Positions 18,313-30,718 of a stretch of DNA of 64,000 bases are shown one piece after another. How positions within the stretch are numbered: the first letter of the stretch is position 1; each line of letters starts with the position of its first letter. Source of the DNA: Chitinophagaceae bacterium (GTDB lineage Bacteria > Bacteroidota > Bacteroidia > Chitinophagales > Chitinophagaceae); contig JADKAZ010000006.1 of the NCBI GenBank assembly GCA_016719015.1, positions 101,835-165,834 on the forward strand, given 5' to 3'. The notes below the pieces were generated by a model. It ran no database searches and was not told the DNA's origin. It was given only the letters and a program-made list of their open reading frames with translations. A program made the position numbers and the translations under genes.

Positions 18313-19737
18313 TTACTTTGGAAAATCCAGTATTATGGTGAAACTGGTGCCTTTTCCAGGTGCTGTATCTACTACAATTTCTCCCTTGTGATTGAGGATT
18401 ATATTTTGCGTATGCGTTAATCCAAGTCCGTTGCCTTTGGCCTTACTGGTAAAATAAGGTTCAAATAACCGGTTAGCTGATTCACTGTCTAAACCAGGGC
18501 CATTATCCCGTATTCTTACTTTACATTTATCATTCTCTCCTTTGGTTTCCAGTGTAAGCATACTACCTTCTTTTACTCTCCATTGCTTCTATCGCATTGA
18601 TAATGATATTAAGAAAAGCAATTTTAATTTTCTCCTTATCTACCGCTACATCACAAATATCCCTGCTGTATTTTTTTACTACTTCTACATTCGCAAGGGT
18701 TATCCTGTCTTCCGCTTCTTTGAGGGCATCATCCAGTAAATCATTAATTGATATTTTCTCAGTAGCCAGTTCAGAAGATTTTGTTGAATTTAATAAATCT
18801 GAAATAAGCTGGTTGATACGGTTACTATTTCGTTTTATTATATCAAAAAGCATAGTAGATGATTCATCCGGTTGGACTACTACTTCCGTTTGCAGCTGGT
18901 CAACAGCCAGATCAATATTGGTGAGAGGATTCCTTACTTCATGTGCGATGGTACGGGCAATACGTCCGGTGGCTGCAAACTTTTCAATACTCCGGATGCG
19001 GATAAGTTCTGCATTAGCTTTATTTAACTGTACCACCTTTTTTTTAAGTTCATCCTGGTAATTATATACCTCCGTCAGCACCAGTTTACGGGCTATATTC
19101 TCCCTGAGATAGGTTAAATATGCAAAAATAATCAGGATAAAAGCGATTAGCAGAGATATAATAGTAAGGCTATTGATTATTACAATGTTTGTTTTTAAAT
19201 TTTCGTCTCTTACAGTGAGTAGCCTTTTTTCCTCGTTCTGCAATAGGGCCACTTCCGACCTGCAAACATCCATTGTCCCCTTTGAAAGGATCATTTGATT
19301 GATCAGCGAGTCACCAATCTGTTGGACCCCATTATCAAATTGCTTCACAAGCACCGACAAAGGTTGAGCCTCCGCTCATAAGTCTCCTTAAGTCTGTTCA
19401 GTCGTTCCTGCTGCGTTGGATTGTCACTTGCCAGTAGCTTTGTCTCATTATAAAGAGAGTCGGTTAATTTTTTTGATCCGTAATAATGTAAGAGAAATTC
19501 ACTTTGTTTTGTGGCGAGGTAGCCCCTGACCCCCGATTCAGCATCGTTTAATGTTGACAATATTTTTTCCAGGTTAATGATCAGTTTGTTGGTGCTTTTT
19601 ATTGTGGATGATTGCTTTACCAGTTGCCGGTTGGCATAGAAGGTTATGAAACAGGCGATAATCAAAAGTAGAAAAGCAATACTATACACCCACAGGATGC
19701 GTTTGCGCCGTTTCTCGAACTTTAATATTCTTTCCAT
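18313..19737 (-). CDS. CHASE3 sensor histidine kinase, two apparent homopolymer frameshifts (~19360, ~18572)
   Basis: DAESGVRGYL (CHASE3), HEVRNPL, NIIINAIEA, DNGPG, GNGLGL across three frames. Confidence 0.85.
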
Positions 19738-19975
19738 GTCTTATTAAATTCCTGTGCATTATTAAACTGGTCATTGAGAAAAGTAGCATTTCTGATACCC
19801 ATCTCTAAACAGCTCAGTTGCTATTAAACTAAAGGTAAGCTCTGTTGCCCCAAATCAATTCTTTTGCAACTACTATTCCAACATTTACAACTAGTGATGT
19901 AGTTGATTTTCCCCTACCGGGTAATTTAATGCACAAACTTTCGCAGGCTTAAAATAATTATAAGTCATACAGATT

Positions 19976-19990
19976 TGGCATAAAATTTAA
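19976..19990 (+). promoter_or_regulatory. Sigma54-like -24 box
   Basis: TGGCATA-AAAT-TTAA upstream of DUF1328. Confidence 0.4.
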
Positions 19991-20044
19991 TCTACTGAAA
20001 GAAGATCGGCTAAAAATATTTTATTTCATTTAAACTACTTTATT

Positions 20045-20218
20045 ATGCTACGTTGGTCAGTCATCTTCTTAATAATTGCCATTGTTGCTGCTGTTTTTGG
20101 ATTTGGCGGTATTGCCGGTGGCGCAGCTTCTATTGCTAAAATTCTTTTTGTCATCTTCCTGATTCTTTTTGTTATCACCCTGGTTACCGGAAGAAAAGGT
20201 GGTGCCACAGGCATCTAA
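20045..20218 (+). CDS. DUF1328 (UPF0391) small membrane protein, absent from the ORF track
   Basis: [35 protein letters not shown]..., 57 aa. Confidence 0.9.
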   Translation: MLRWSVIFLIIAIVAAVFGFGGIAGGAASIAKILFVIFLILFVITLVTGRKGGATGI

Positions 20219-20265
20219 GACTACGCATTTTAGACCGTACCCTATTACTTTTATATTGATTAGTT

Positions 20266-20526
20266 ATGAAACGAACACCATTGCTGGTTTTAGGTCTGGT
20301 ATTTCTAGGCTTATTGGTAACCTGCCTGTTTTACCCGGCTTGTTCCGGCAAGATGCAAATTGCCTTAATTGTAGAGCTTATTTTCTTTGCCCATTTTGCA
20401 ATGGTGAAAGAAAACCGGACGTTGTCTGAAATATCAAATATTAATACACCCAATGAATCTGGTCTAAAAGAAGAAAATAAGGTGGAAGTTGAGTCAGCAA
20501 AATCGGATGTTCAGAAAGTGTATTAG
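20266..20526 (+). CDS. Small hypothetical membrane protein
   Basis: 86 aa with two hydrophobic segments. Confidence 0.55.
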   Translation: MKRTPLLVLGLVFLGLLVTCLFYPACSGKMQIALIVELIFFAHFAMVKENRTLSEISNINTPNESGLKEENKVEVESAKSDVQKVY

Positions 20527-20563
20527 CAATAATCATCATCTTTTACAGTTTTAAATATTTCGA

Positions 20564-20755
20564 ATGAAAAGAAACCTATTATTACTAAGTATTACTGTTA
20601 TGACAGGCTGGATAATCGGTTTTTTCATTTTGAAACTTCCTTCTGTTGTACACACATTATTGCTTTTATCGGTGGTGCTTTATATACGTTCACTTATGCA
20701 TAATTCGGTTTCAGCTTCTCAAAAATTTTACAGGACTGATAAATCTATCAAATAG
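20564..20755 (+). CDS. Small membrane protein (lmo0937/DUF5670-like)
   Basis: GWIIGFF...VHTLLLLSVV pattern. Confidence 0.55.
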   Translation: MKRNLLLLSITVMTGWIIGFFILKLPSVVHTLLLLSVVLYIRSLMHNSVSASQKFYRTDKSIK

Positions 20756-20791
20756 TTCATACCGCTCTTTAATTTATTAAACCAGGTGCTT

Positions 20792-20806
20792 TGGCATGAT
20801 TTTTTA
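20792..20806 (+). promoter_or_regulatory. Sigma54-like -24 box
   Basis: TGGCATG-ATTT-TTTA upstream of YtxH. Confidence 0.4.
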
Positions 20807-20850
20807 AATGAATTTAAAAGAAATATTTTTCAACATTTAAAACAATTATT

Positions 20851-21126
20851 ATGAGTTCAAAAATTCTAGTAGGCTTTTTAGCCGGTGCAGCAGTAGGTGC
20901 GTTAGCAGGTATTTTATTTGCTCCTGATAAAGGATCCAATACCAGGCAAAAAATTGCTGATAAAACAGGTGATATTAAAGATTCGGTAAAAAATTCGTAT
21001 AACGAGTTTGTTGATGGAGTAAAGCAAACTTATGCTGGCGCAAAGGAAGAAGCAGAAGATTTTGCAAATAAAGCAAAAGCAAAGTTAGATGGTGTAGAGC
21101 ATGAAGTAAAAAATGCTATGTCCTGA
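20851..21126 (+). CDS. YtxH-domain general stress protein
   Basis: GFLAGAAVGALAGILFAPDKGSNTR. Confidence 0.9.
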   Translation: MSSKILVGFLAGAAVGALAGILFAPDKGSNTRQKIADKTGDIKDSVKNSYNEFVDGVKQTYAGAKEEAEDFANKAKAKLDGVEHEVKNAMS

Positions 21127-21172
21127 TCAACGGGAATGATTAACAATCCAACACACATAAAAACCGTTTACG

Positions 21173-21512
21173 ATGCCCTCCACAATTGAACATTTAGAAA
21201 ACCTGGTTTCCCATGCCGGTGATGTAGCAGAAACGAAAGTAGAACTATGGAAACTCCGGGCAGCAGGAAAAATTTCGGAAACAGTTTCATCACTTATTTC
21301 GGTAATTGCAATATCAATATTGACCATTGCAGCACTTACTATTATAAGTATTGGAATTGCATTCTGGATAGGGTCTGAGATGGGGAAAACAAGTTATGGA
21401 TTTTTTATCGTAGGTGGTTTTTATGCGGTTGTTGGTATACTGGTATACTTTCAGAGGAAATTGGATTAAAAATCCTGTGAGTAATCTTATAATAGACAAA
21501 ATAATCAAATAG
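21173..21512 (+). CDS. Holin-like/YqjE-type membrane protein, frameshift near the 3' end
   Basis: Two TM helices, GFFIVGGFY; the alternative frame continues FRGNWIKNPVSNLII to a stop at 21512. Confidence 0.7.
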
Positions 21513-21885
21513 TGGCAACCTCTGTTTCAATGAGGAAAGGTCTGGAGAGCAGGATTCTGGAATTGGAAAAAAACAGACCCTCCAGGTAATTGAGTTAAAA
21601 AAAATCTGCGGTTGATATCGTTGGAAGTTTTACTCCTGCCAATATTATAAAAAGTGCTTTAAAAATGTGGCACAATCACCAGATTTACGCAGTTCAGCTT
21701 TAAATACTGCTATAGGAATTGGTGCTGGTTTCCTCGGAAAGAAATTAGTAGTGGGCAAATCCGGTAATATATTTAAAAGAATAATTGGCTCTACCCTCCA
21801 ATTGGGTATTGCTAATTTTATACGAAAAAAAATTCCTCAGATACAGGAACATCGCCAGTCGCATCCTCAGGAGATGGCTGAATAG
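21512..21885 (+). CDS. Hypothetical protein of the YtxH/holin-like operon, three A-run frameshifts
   Basis: Reconstructs as VATSVSMRKGLESRILELEKKQ...TPANIIKSALKNVAQSPDLRSSALNTAIGIGAGFLGKK. Confidence 0.6.
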
Positions 21886-22011
21886 CGATAATACCTGGCT
21901 GTTTGTCCGGGCATGTTGAAGTTGTTCATATTATACTATTGTCCTAATAGTCTCTTCAACCGGCCCGGACTAACACCAAAATTTTTTTAACAGTAACGGG
22001 TTAAAGCCTAT

Positions 22012-22043
22012 AAAAGAGCTGAGTTGAAAGATTCGGCTCTTTT
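22012..22043. terminator. Intrinsic terminator
   Basis: AAAAGAGC...GCTCTTTT. Confidence 0.65.
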
Positions 22044-22106
22044 ATTATTAAATTTTATCCCACCTTTATGGCAAGGCATAGCTTTCAACTAAGAAATAGT
22101 TACCGA

Positions 22107-23148
22107 ATGAATATAAACTTCAACAATCGCATCAAGCAAATTTTGCTCTTAGCATCGTTGATCTTATTAATATGGGTGGCAATCAAGGAATTATTTTTTG
22201 TATGCCCGGATTGCTCGGGGCGGTAACATTATATATTTTAAGCCGGGCCAGTTACTTTCAACTGGTTTATAAAAGAAAATGGAGTAAAGGATGGGCCGCT
22301 GGTTTTTTCTTATGTATTATCTTGTTTTGCTGGGGATACCCATTTTTCTTGCTGTTACACTTATCAGCCCGAAAATAAATGCAGTACTAAGCAATCCTGA
22401 AAATATATTGCAGTATAAAACTGGCAGTAGCACAAGTACAGGAGAAAACAGGCATTTCTATTGCCTCTGAAGAATCTCTCTCTAATTCGCTTAATAAAGT
22501 AACAACCTTTTACCTTCTATATTGAATAGCACTGCTAACCTGATTACCAACCTGGCCATTATGCTGTTCTTTCTCTACTACATGTTGTATTATGGCAAGG
22601 AAATAGAAAAAACATTATTTCGTATCATTCCTTTAAAAGATACGAATACGGTGTTGCTCGCAGCAGAAACAAAAGATTAGTAAGGGCCAATGCGTACAGT
22701 ATCCCGCTTATTTCCATCATCCAGGGGCTCACCGCTACATTAGGCTATTTTATTTTCGGTGTGCATGAAGGGGCATTATGGGGTTTCCTGACCGGAGTGT
22801 TTGCCTTCTTCCCGGTAGTGGGAACGATGATAGTGTGGATACCATTGGTCATTTATACTTTCACAACAGGGCACACCGGCATGGCATTAGGGTTGATGCT
22901 GTACAGTATTATTGTCACCGGCAATGTGGATTACCTTTCCCGTATCACTATTATGAAAAGATTAGGCGATGTGCCCGGTCATTACCGTACTGGGAGTAAT
23001 TATTGGGTTAGGCCTTTTGGATTATCGGATTAATTTTTGGCCCCTTACTCGTAAGCTATATTATCCTGCTATTCAAAATTTATATGAACGAATTTATAGA
23101 ACCGCTGGCAGAAGAATATGCTGCAGAAAAGAAGCGGAAGCGAACTAG
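22107..23148 (+). CDS. AI-2E (PerM) family transporter, multiple frameshifts
   Basis: GLLGAVTLY, AFFPVVGT, GNVDYL and GLIFGP-like motifs across frames; end approximate. Confidence 0.75.
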
Positions 23149-23173
23149 CATTTTATTATGCAGGCATAAAATA

Positions 23174-23203
23174 AAAATCCACCAGCGATAGTCAGTGGAT
23201 TTT
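23174..23203. terminator. Bidirectional terminator
   Basis: AAAATCCAC...GTGGATTTT between convergent genes. Confidence 0.65.
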
Positions 23204-23221
23204 GATTTATTGAGTTCCTTA

Positions 23222-25059
23222 TTATGCATTTAGCATCTCTTCCAATTTTATAACCAGTTCTGTTTTCGTAATCGGCACTCCCATTATTTTATTATAGCCT
23301 TTGGCATCTACAAAATAAACATCCCTTATAATTTTGATAAGCTGCCCGTTATTTATCTCCGGAATCAGGACCGTATCAAAATTTTTGATGATATCGCCCA
23401 GATTTTTAGGGAAAGGACGTACATAGCGAAGATGTGCATGACTTATTGCATGGCCCTTGGCCTGTAGTTCGGCACAGGCACTTTTAATAGCCCCATAGGT
23501 AGAACCCCAGCCCAAGACCAATATCTTTCCTTTATCAGCTCCGCTGTCTAATTTTTGTTCAGGAATATAATCAGCTATCTTATCTACTTTTTGCTGCCTG
23601 ATTTTCACCATCAGTTGGTGATTCTCCGGTTCATAGCTGATGTTACCGGTTATGTTTTGCTTTTCCAGCCCACCGATACGGTGTTCTAAGGCAGCTGTAC
23701 CAGGTACTGCCCATGGCCTGGCCAGTTTTTCATCCCGCAGGTATGGTTGAAATTTTTCTTCCTGGTCACCCAGTTGTGTTTTAAACTTTACCGGAATGGG
23801 TGGAAGTTGCTCTGCATTGGGAAACTTCCATGGCTCCGCACCATTGGCCATATAGCCACCACTTAAGAAAATAACAGGTGTCATATGCTGCACATTCTTT
23901 CTACTTCGTATACTGCATCAAAACAATCAGCCGGGGTAGAAGCAGATACAATGGGCATCGGGCATTCACCATTTCTTCCATAATAAGCCTGCATCAAATC
24001 GCTTTTGCTCAGTTTTGTAGGCAAACCCAGACGGGCCTCCCCGCTGTATGTTTACAATCACTAATGGAATTTCAAGCATCACCGCCAATCCCATTGCTTC
24101 GCCTTTGAGTGCAATACCCGGACCACTGGAAGTGGTAACACCAAGAGCACCACCATAGGCTGCACCAATGGCAGATGTAATGGCTGCTATTTCATCTTCG
24201 GCCTGGAAAGTCCGCACACCAAAATTTTATACTTACTCAGGTCATGCAAAATATCTGACGCAGGGGTGATGGGGTAAGACCCGAGGAATAAAGGCAAACC
24301 ACTTTTTGGGAAGCCTTAATTAATCCATAAGCTACTCCTGGTTTCCCATAACGGAACGGTAGGTTCCAGGCTGCATTTTTGCTTTCTCTACAGAATAAGT
24401 GGTAGTAAAAATTTCTGTTGTGTCACCATAATTATATCCTGCCTGCAGCACTTTTACATTGCTTTCATATATATCAGGCTTCTTACCAAATTTCTCTTTC
24501 AAAAAAAGTAATTGTGTTATCCATATCACGGCTGTACATGAAATACAAAAGCCGAGCACAAACATATTTTTAGCCCGGTCCTTTTTCATTCCCATGGTGA
24601 AATCCTTCAATGCCTCACGGGTCATTTTGGTTACATCCATTTTTATCACTTCGTAATTACTAAGGCTGCCGTTCTCCAATGGATTCTCCCCTTCCGGGTA
24701 GTTGGCAAGACGAAGGTTCCTGGCATCAAACCCATCCGTATTTACAATTATCTTTCCGCCCATTTTTAAAGCGGATAGATTTACTTTTAAAGCAGCCGCA
24801 TTCATAGCCACCAACACATCACAGGCATCACCGGGAGTGTACACTCTGTCGCTTGAAAACGAAGCTGGAATCCGCTAACACCGGGTAATGTTCCTATAGG
24901 GGCTCTTATCTCTGCCGGAAAATCCGGGAAGGTAGAAAGGTCTATCCCAAGCATCGCAGTGTTATTGGTAAACTGGGTACCTGTCAATTGCATACCATCG
25001 CCGCTATCGCCGGCAAATTTGATAACTACATCCTGTAATACTTCCTGTTTTCTTGCCAT
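23222..25059 (-). CDS. 2-oxoacid:acceptor oxidoreductase alpha subunit, several frameshifts
   Basis: [53 protein letters not shown]. Confidence 0.9.
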
Positions 25060-25365
25060 TCTATTAAATTGTTCTGCGAATTTAATCAAGTATAGTTGAT
25101 TGCAAACTGATTTTTCCCGGTAAAAACCTGCGTTAAATCAACTGGAATTATCAACAAGAATTCGGATAAAAGCCGGAAAAAGGACTACAACCTGCTTAGG
25201 CAAGTTAGAAGCAATACATGACTGGAATACTTCCAGCCGGTAAGTGAAAGTATTTTATTTCTAAAAAAAGACTGGTACCGTTTATAGGTTTTTATCAATA
25301 GAACTGACCCTGCTATCAGGCATATTTGCTAGTTAACCTGATCCTTTTAAATACACATTTTAAAA

Positions 25366-25506
25366 ATGCCGAACAAAACCCAACAAATAAGGAAACTTAA
25401 AGAACAAAATGGTGAGTTGGAAAACAATTTCAGGAATACCATCATTCCTCAATTGTTTGTAGATGGAGAATTGAAGTTGCAAAAATTATTGCAGAAAATA
25501 ATGTAG
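25366..25506 (+). pseudogene. Truncated N-terminus of a Bacteroidota PAS-domain sensor
   Basis: ELENNFRNTIIPQLFVD motif followed by a stop after 46 aa. Confidence 0.5.
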
Positions 25507-25670
25507 CTGAATTTCCGGACAACAATTACGTAGCCTTATCGATGGCTAATATTTATTTAGCACTCAATAGAAAAGAAGACGCTATAAAATTCTACAGGAA
25601 AACGCTTCAACTAAATCCCGAGAGTGAAGAAGCTAAAAACAGGCTAAAAAAAGAATTGCAAGCTGAGTAG
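25470..25670 (+). pseudogene. Orphan C-terminal TPR fragment
   Basis: EFPDNNYVALSMANIYLALNRKEDAIKFYRKTLQLNPESEEAKNRL; 5' boundary approximate. Confidence 0.45.
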
Positions 25671-25730
25671 AATCCCCAACATTTTGTTGGACCTGAACAC
25701 CAGGAAAATATATTGTAAAATAAATTTTGC

Positions 25731-25772
25731 GAAACCGATTAGTTGCATATATATTTGCAACCGATTAGTTTC
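25731..25772 (+). promoter_or_regulatory. Putative ArsR operator pair flanking the promoter -7 element
   Basis: GAAAC-CGATTA-GTTGC and GCAAC-CGATTA-GTTTC around TATATTTG (25750-25757). Confidence 0.65.
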
Positions 25773-25789
25773 ACATAAATAATCCCTTA

Positions 25790-26110
25790 ATGAGAAGAGA
25801 TATTTTCCAGGCAATAGCCGACCCCACAAGACGGGCAATCATTACTTTAATTGCATTGCAGGCAATGACACCAAACGCCATTGCTGACAACTTCCACACT
25901 ACCCGGCAATCTGTTTCCAAACACCTTCGCATTTTAACCGAGTGTGAATTAGTAAAACAGGAACAACAGGGCCGGGAAATTTACTACTCACTTGAAGTTG
26001 AAAAAATGAAAGAGATCGATAAATGGCTAAACCAATTCAGAAAAATCTGGGAAACCCGTTTCAATCAACTTGACAAAGTATTATCAACAATGAAAAAACA
26101 AAAAAAATGA
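25790..26110 (+). CDS. ArsR/SmtB-family transcriptional regulator
   Basis: [17 protein letters not shown]. Confidence 0.9.
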   Translation: MRRDIFQAIADPTRRAIITLIALQAMTPNAIADNFHTTRQSVSKHLRILTECELVKQEQQGREIYYSLEVEKMKEIDKWLNQFRKIWETRFNQLDKVLSTMKKQKK

Positions 26111-26601
26111 ACAACTTACTATTTGATTTTACCGTTGACAAGGCAGCGAAGATGGTATACATAACAAGAGAATTTGATGCTGACCAATCGTTAGTATGGG
26201 ATGCTTTTACCAAAGCAGAATTGATTGACCAATGGATTGCGCCAAAGCCAATGGTATCTAAAACGAAATACCAGGATTTCAAAGTTGGTGGCAAAAGATT
26301 TTATGCAATGGTAAGCCCTGAGGGACAGGAACGTTGGGCAATCCAGGAATACACTTCCATTACTCCGAAAACCAACTTTATAATGTATAATGCTTTTGCA
26401 GACGCAGCTGAAAACCCGGAATTGCCAGGTTCTGAATGGAACCATACTTTTAGCGAACAAAACGGAACAACAAAAGTTTTCATTACTATTTACAATGAAT
26501 CCCTTGAAAGGTTAGAGAGAATACTAGATGGCTTTACCCAGGGAATGAAAATGTCATTGAGCAACCTTGAAAATCTATTGGCAGCATTATCCGGGAAGTG
26601 A
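26107..26601 (+). CDS. SRPBCC (Aha1-like) protein
   Basis: ITREFDA...VWDAFT...DFKVGG; ATGA overlap with the upstream gene. Confidence 0.85.
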   Translation: MNNLLFDFTVDKAAKMVYITREFDADQSLVWDAFTKAELIDQWIAPKPMVSKTKYQDFKVGGKRFYAMVSPEGQERWAIQEYTSITPKTNFIMYNAFADAAENPELPGSEWNHTFSEQNGTTKVFITIYNESLERLERILDGFTQGMKMSLSNLENLLAALSGK

Positions 26602-26644
26602 TTTTCGTTAAAAAATTTTACTAAACAAAACAATCTAAAAAACT

Positions 26645-27079
26645 ATGGCACTTATCAATCCTCACATTAATTTCAACGGAAATGCCGAAGAAGCATTTAC
26701 CTTTTACAGATCAGTATTTGGCGGGGAGTTTACAAAGATTATTCGCTTCAAAGACCTTGCAAGCCCTGAATTCCCGGTAGCAGAAAAAGAAGAAAATAAA
26801 ATTATGCATATTGTTTTGCCTACCGGTAATGGCAGTATGTTAATGGGGAATGATGTTCCGGAAATTCTGGGAAAAACAAATGAAAATGAGAACAGGAGCA
26901 AAATTGTAATAAGTGCAGAAAGTAAAGAAGAAGCTGACAAATTATTTAATGGGCTTTCTGCAGGAGGACAAATAGAAGGCCCAATCGGCGATAGTCCCTG
27001 GGGCACCTATTTTGGTTGTTTCAGAGACAAATACGGTATTGAATGGATTGTGGACTTCGACCCAAAAAATAATGGATAA
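26645..27079 (+). CDS. VOC/PhnB-family protein
   Basis: FNGNAEEAFTFY, IMH, FGCFRDKYGIEW. Confidence 0.9.
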   Translation: MALINPHINFNGNAEEAFTFYRSVFGGEFTKIIRFKDLASPEFPVAEKEENKIMHIVLPTGNGSMLMGNDVPEILGKTNENENRSKIVISAESKEEADKLFNGLSAGGQIEGPIGDSPWGTYFGCFRDKYGIEWIVDFDPKNNG

Positions 27080-27178
27080 TTGTAAGCAGGGGAATTTTTG
27101 AAATTATAAAATGTGATTTGAAAATACAAAGAGGTGACCCGTTCCCGGACCACCTCTTAATCATAAACTTTCACGAAA

Positions 27179-29413
<2,235 letters not shown>

Positions 29414-29633
29414 TTATTAAGTTGATTTAGGGGGATAAAATTATGATAATTGTTACGTAGTTAATGAATCCATGACAAAAGTCATAGTTACAAAATGTAA
29501 TCCAGCTGTATAAACAGGAAAGTTGTGGAATTGTTGAATCCATCCACAATTTTTAACCGCAAAATCTCACTATTCGTTAAACAGTAAAATCATAGTACAA
29601 AATTCGCATTCAAAACTACTCCATTCAAAAAAA

Positions 29634-29681
29634 GACTGCATTGAAAACCTGGATTCTTTTGTTCAGGAATTAAATGCAGTC
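29634..29681 (-). terminator. Intrinsic terminator of the TIGR00266 gene
   Basis: GACTGCATT...AATGCAGTC stem with a U-tract on the minus strand. Confidence 0.55.
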
Positions 29682-29724
29682 ACCTAATAATGTAGATGTG
29701 AATTGTAGTTTTAAAATCCGCAGT

Positions 29725-30528
29725 TTATTCCCTCCCATCAAATAAATTGCCCAACCCTCCTAATACACTGCCTTCTTCTTTACGTTTGTATGTTCCATAT
29801 GCCACTATTCTTCCGGCCAGGCGGCTGATAGGTAATGATTGAATCCATACTTTGCCCGGTCCCTGTAGTTTGGCAAAGAACAATCCTTCGCCACCGAACA
29901 TAAAATTCTTAACGCCTTTTACAAATTCGATGTCAAATTGTGTATCAGGTGTATAGGCAACCACACATCCGGTATCAATCTTTAATACTTCGCCGGGTTT
30001 CAATTCTCTTTCTACTATGTAACCGCCTGCATGTAAAAATGCAAATCCATCTCCTTCCAGTTTTTGCATAATAAACCCTTCGCCGCCAAAAATACCCACC
30101 CCCAGTTTTCGCTGAAAGTGGATGCCTACACTTACGCCTTTAGCTGCACATAAAAAAGCATCTTTTTGTGCGATGATGGTTCCCCCTAACTCCCGCAAAT
30201 CCATGGGTATGATTTTGCCAACATAGGGAGCAGCAAAACTTATTTTTTTCTTTCCCTGCACATCATTGGTAAAAGCTGTCATAAACAAGCTTTCACCCGT
30301 CAGCACTCTTTTGCCTGCACTCATCAGTTTACCAAGGAAACCGGTGGGTTGCTGGGCAGAGCCATCACCAAAAATAGTTTGCATGGTAATACCGTCATCC
30401 ATCATCATCATCGCACCGCTTTCCGCAATAGCTGTCTCCTGCGGATCCAGTTCTATTTCTACAAATTGTAATTCTTCACCATATACTTTGTAATCAATTT
30501 CATGGTTGTTACGGTTTCCGGTACTCAT
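29725..30528 (-). CDS. TIGR00266 / AIM24-family protein
   Basis: AESGAMMMM, LTGESLF, GGEGFIMQKL, GGEGLF. Confidence 0.9.
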   Translation of the reverse strand: MSTGNRNNHEIDYKVYGEELQFVEIELDPQETAIAESGAMMMMDDGITMQTIFGDGSAQQPTGFLGKLMSAGKRVLTGESLFMTAFTNDVQGKKKISFAAPYVGKIIPMDLRELGGTIIAQKDAFLCAAKGVSVGIHFQRKLGVGIFGGEGFIMQKLEGDGFAFLHAGGYIVERELKPGEVLKIDTGCVVAYTPDTQFDIEFVKGVKNFMFGGEGLFFAKLQGPGKVWIQSLPISRLAGRIVAYGTYKRKEEGSVLGGLGNLFDGRE

Positions 30529-30718
30529 AGTTGTAATTTTTTTCAAAGGTATAAACAGGTGAGTTTTCCAGATAAAAATCCTTCTTTGCGGAACGAGGTG
30601 TTTGTTTTCTGTCCGCCAGCCTTATTGGCAATGGAAACGGACTTATCAAAAATGATAAATGGCAATGTTTTAACCGGCCAATTGCCTTATTTTGTTGTCC
30701 CTTCCAAAAATAAAAATT

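Noticed and set aside
21173-21512. Phage holin indicating a prophage
   Set aside because: This holin-like family is commonly chromosomal in YtxH stress operons, and no phage genes are present.
22069-22088. Sigma54 box upstream of AI-2E
   Set aside because: TGGCAAG and AGGCATA are present, but neither gives a convincing -12 element at the correct spacing.
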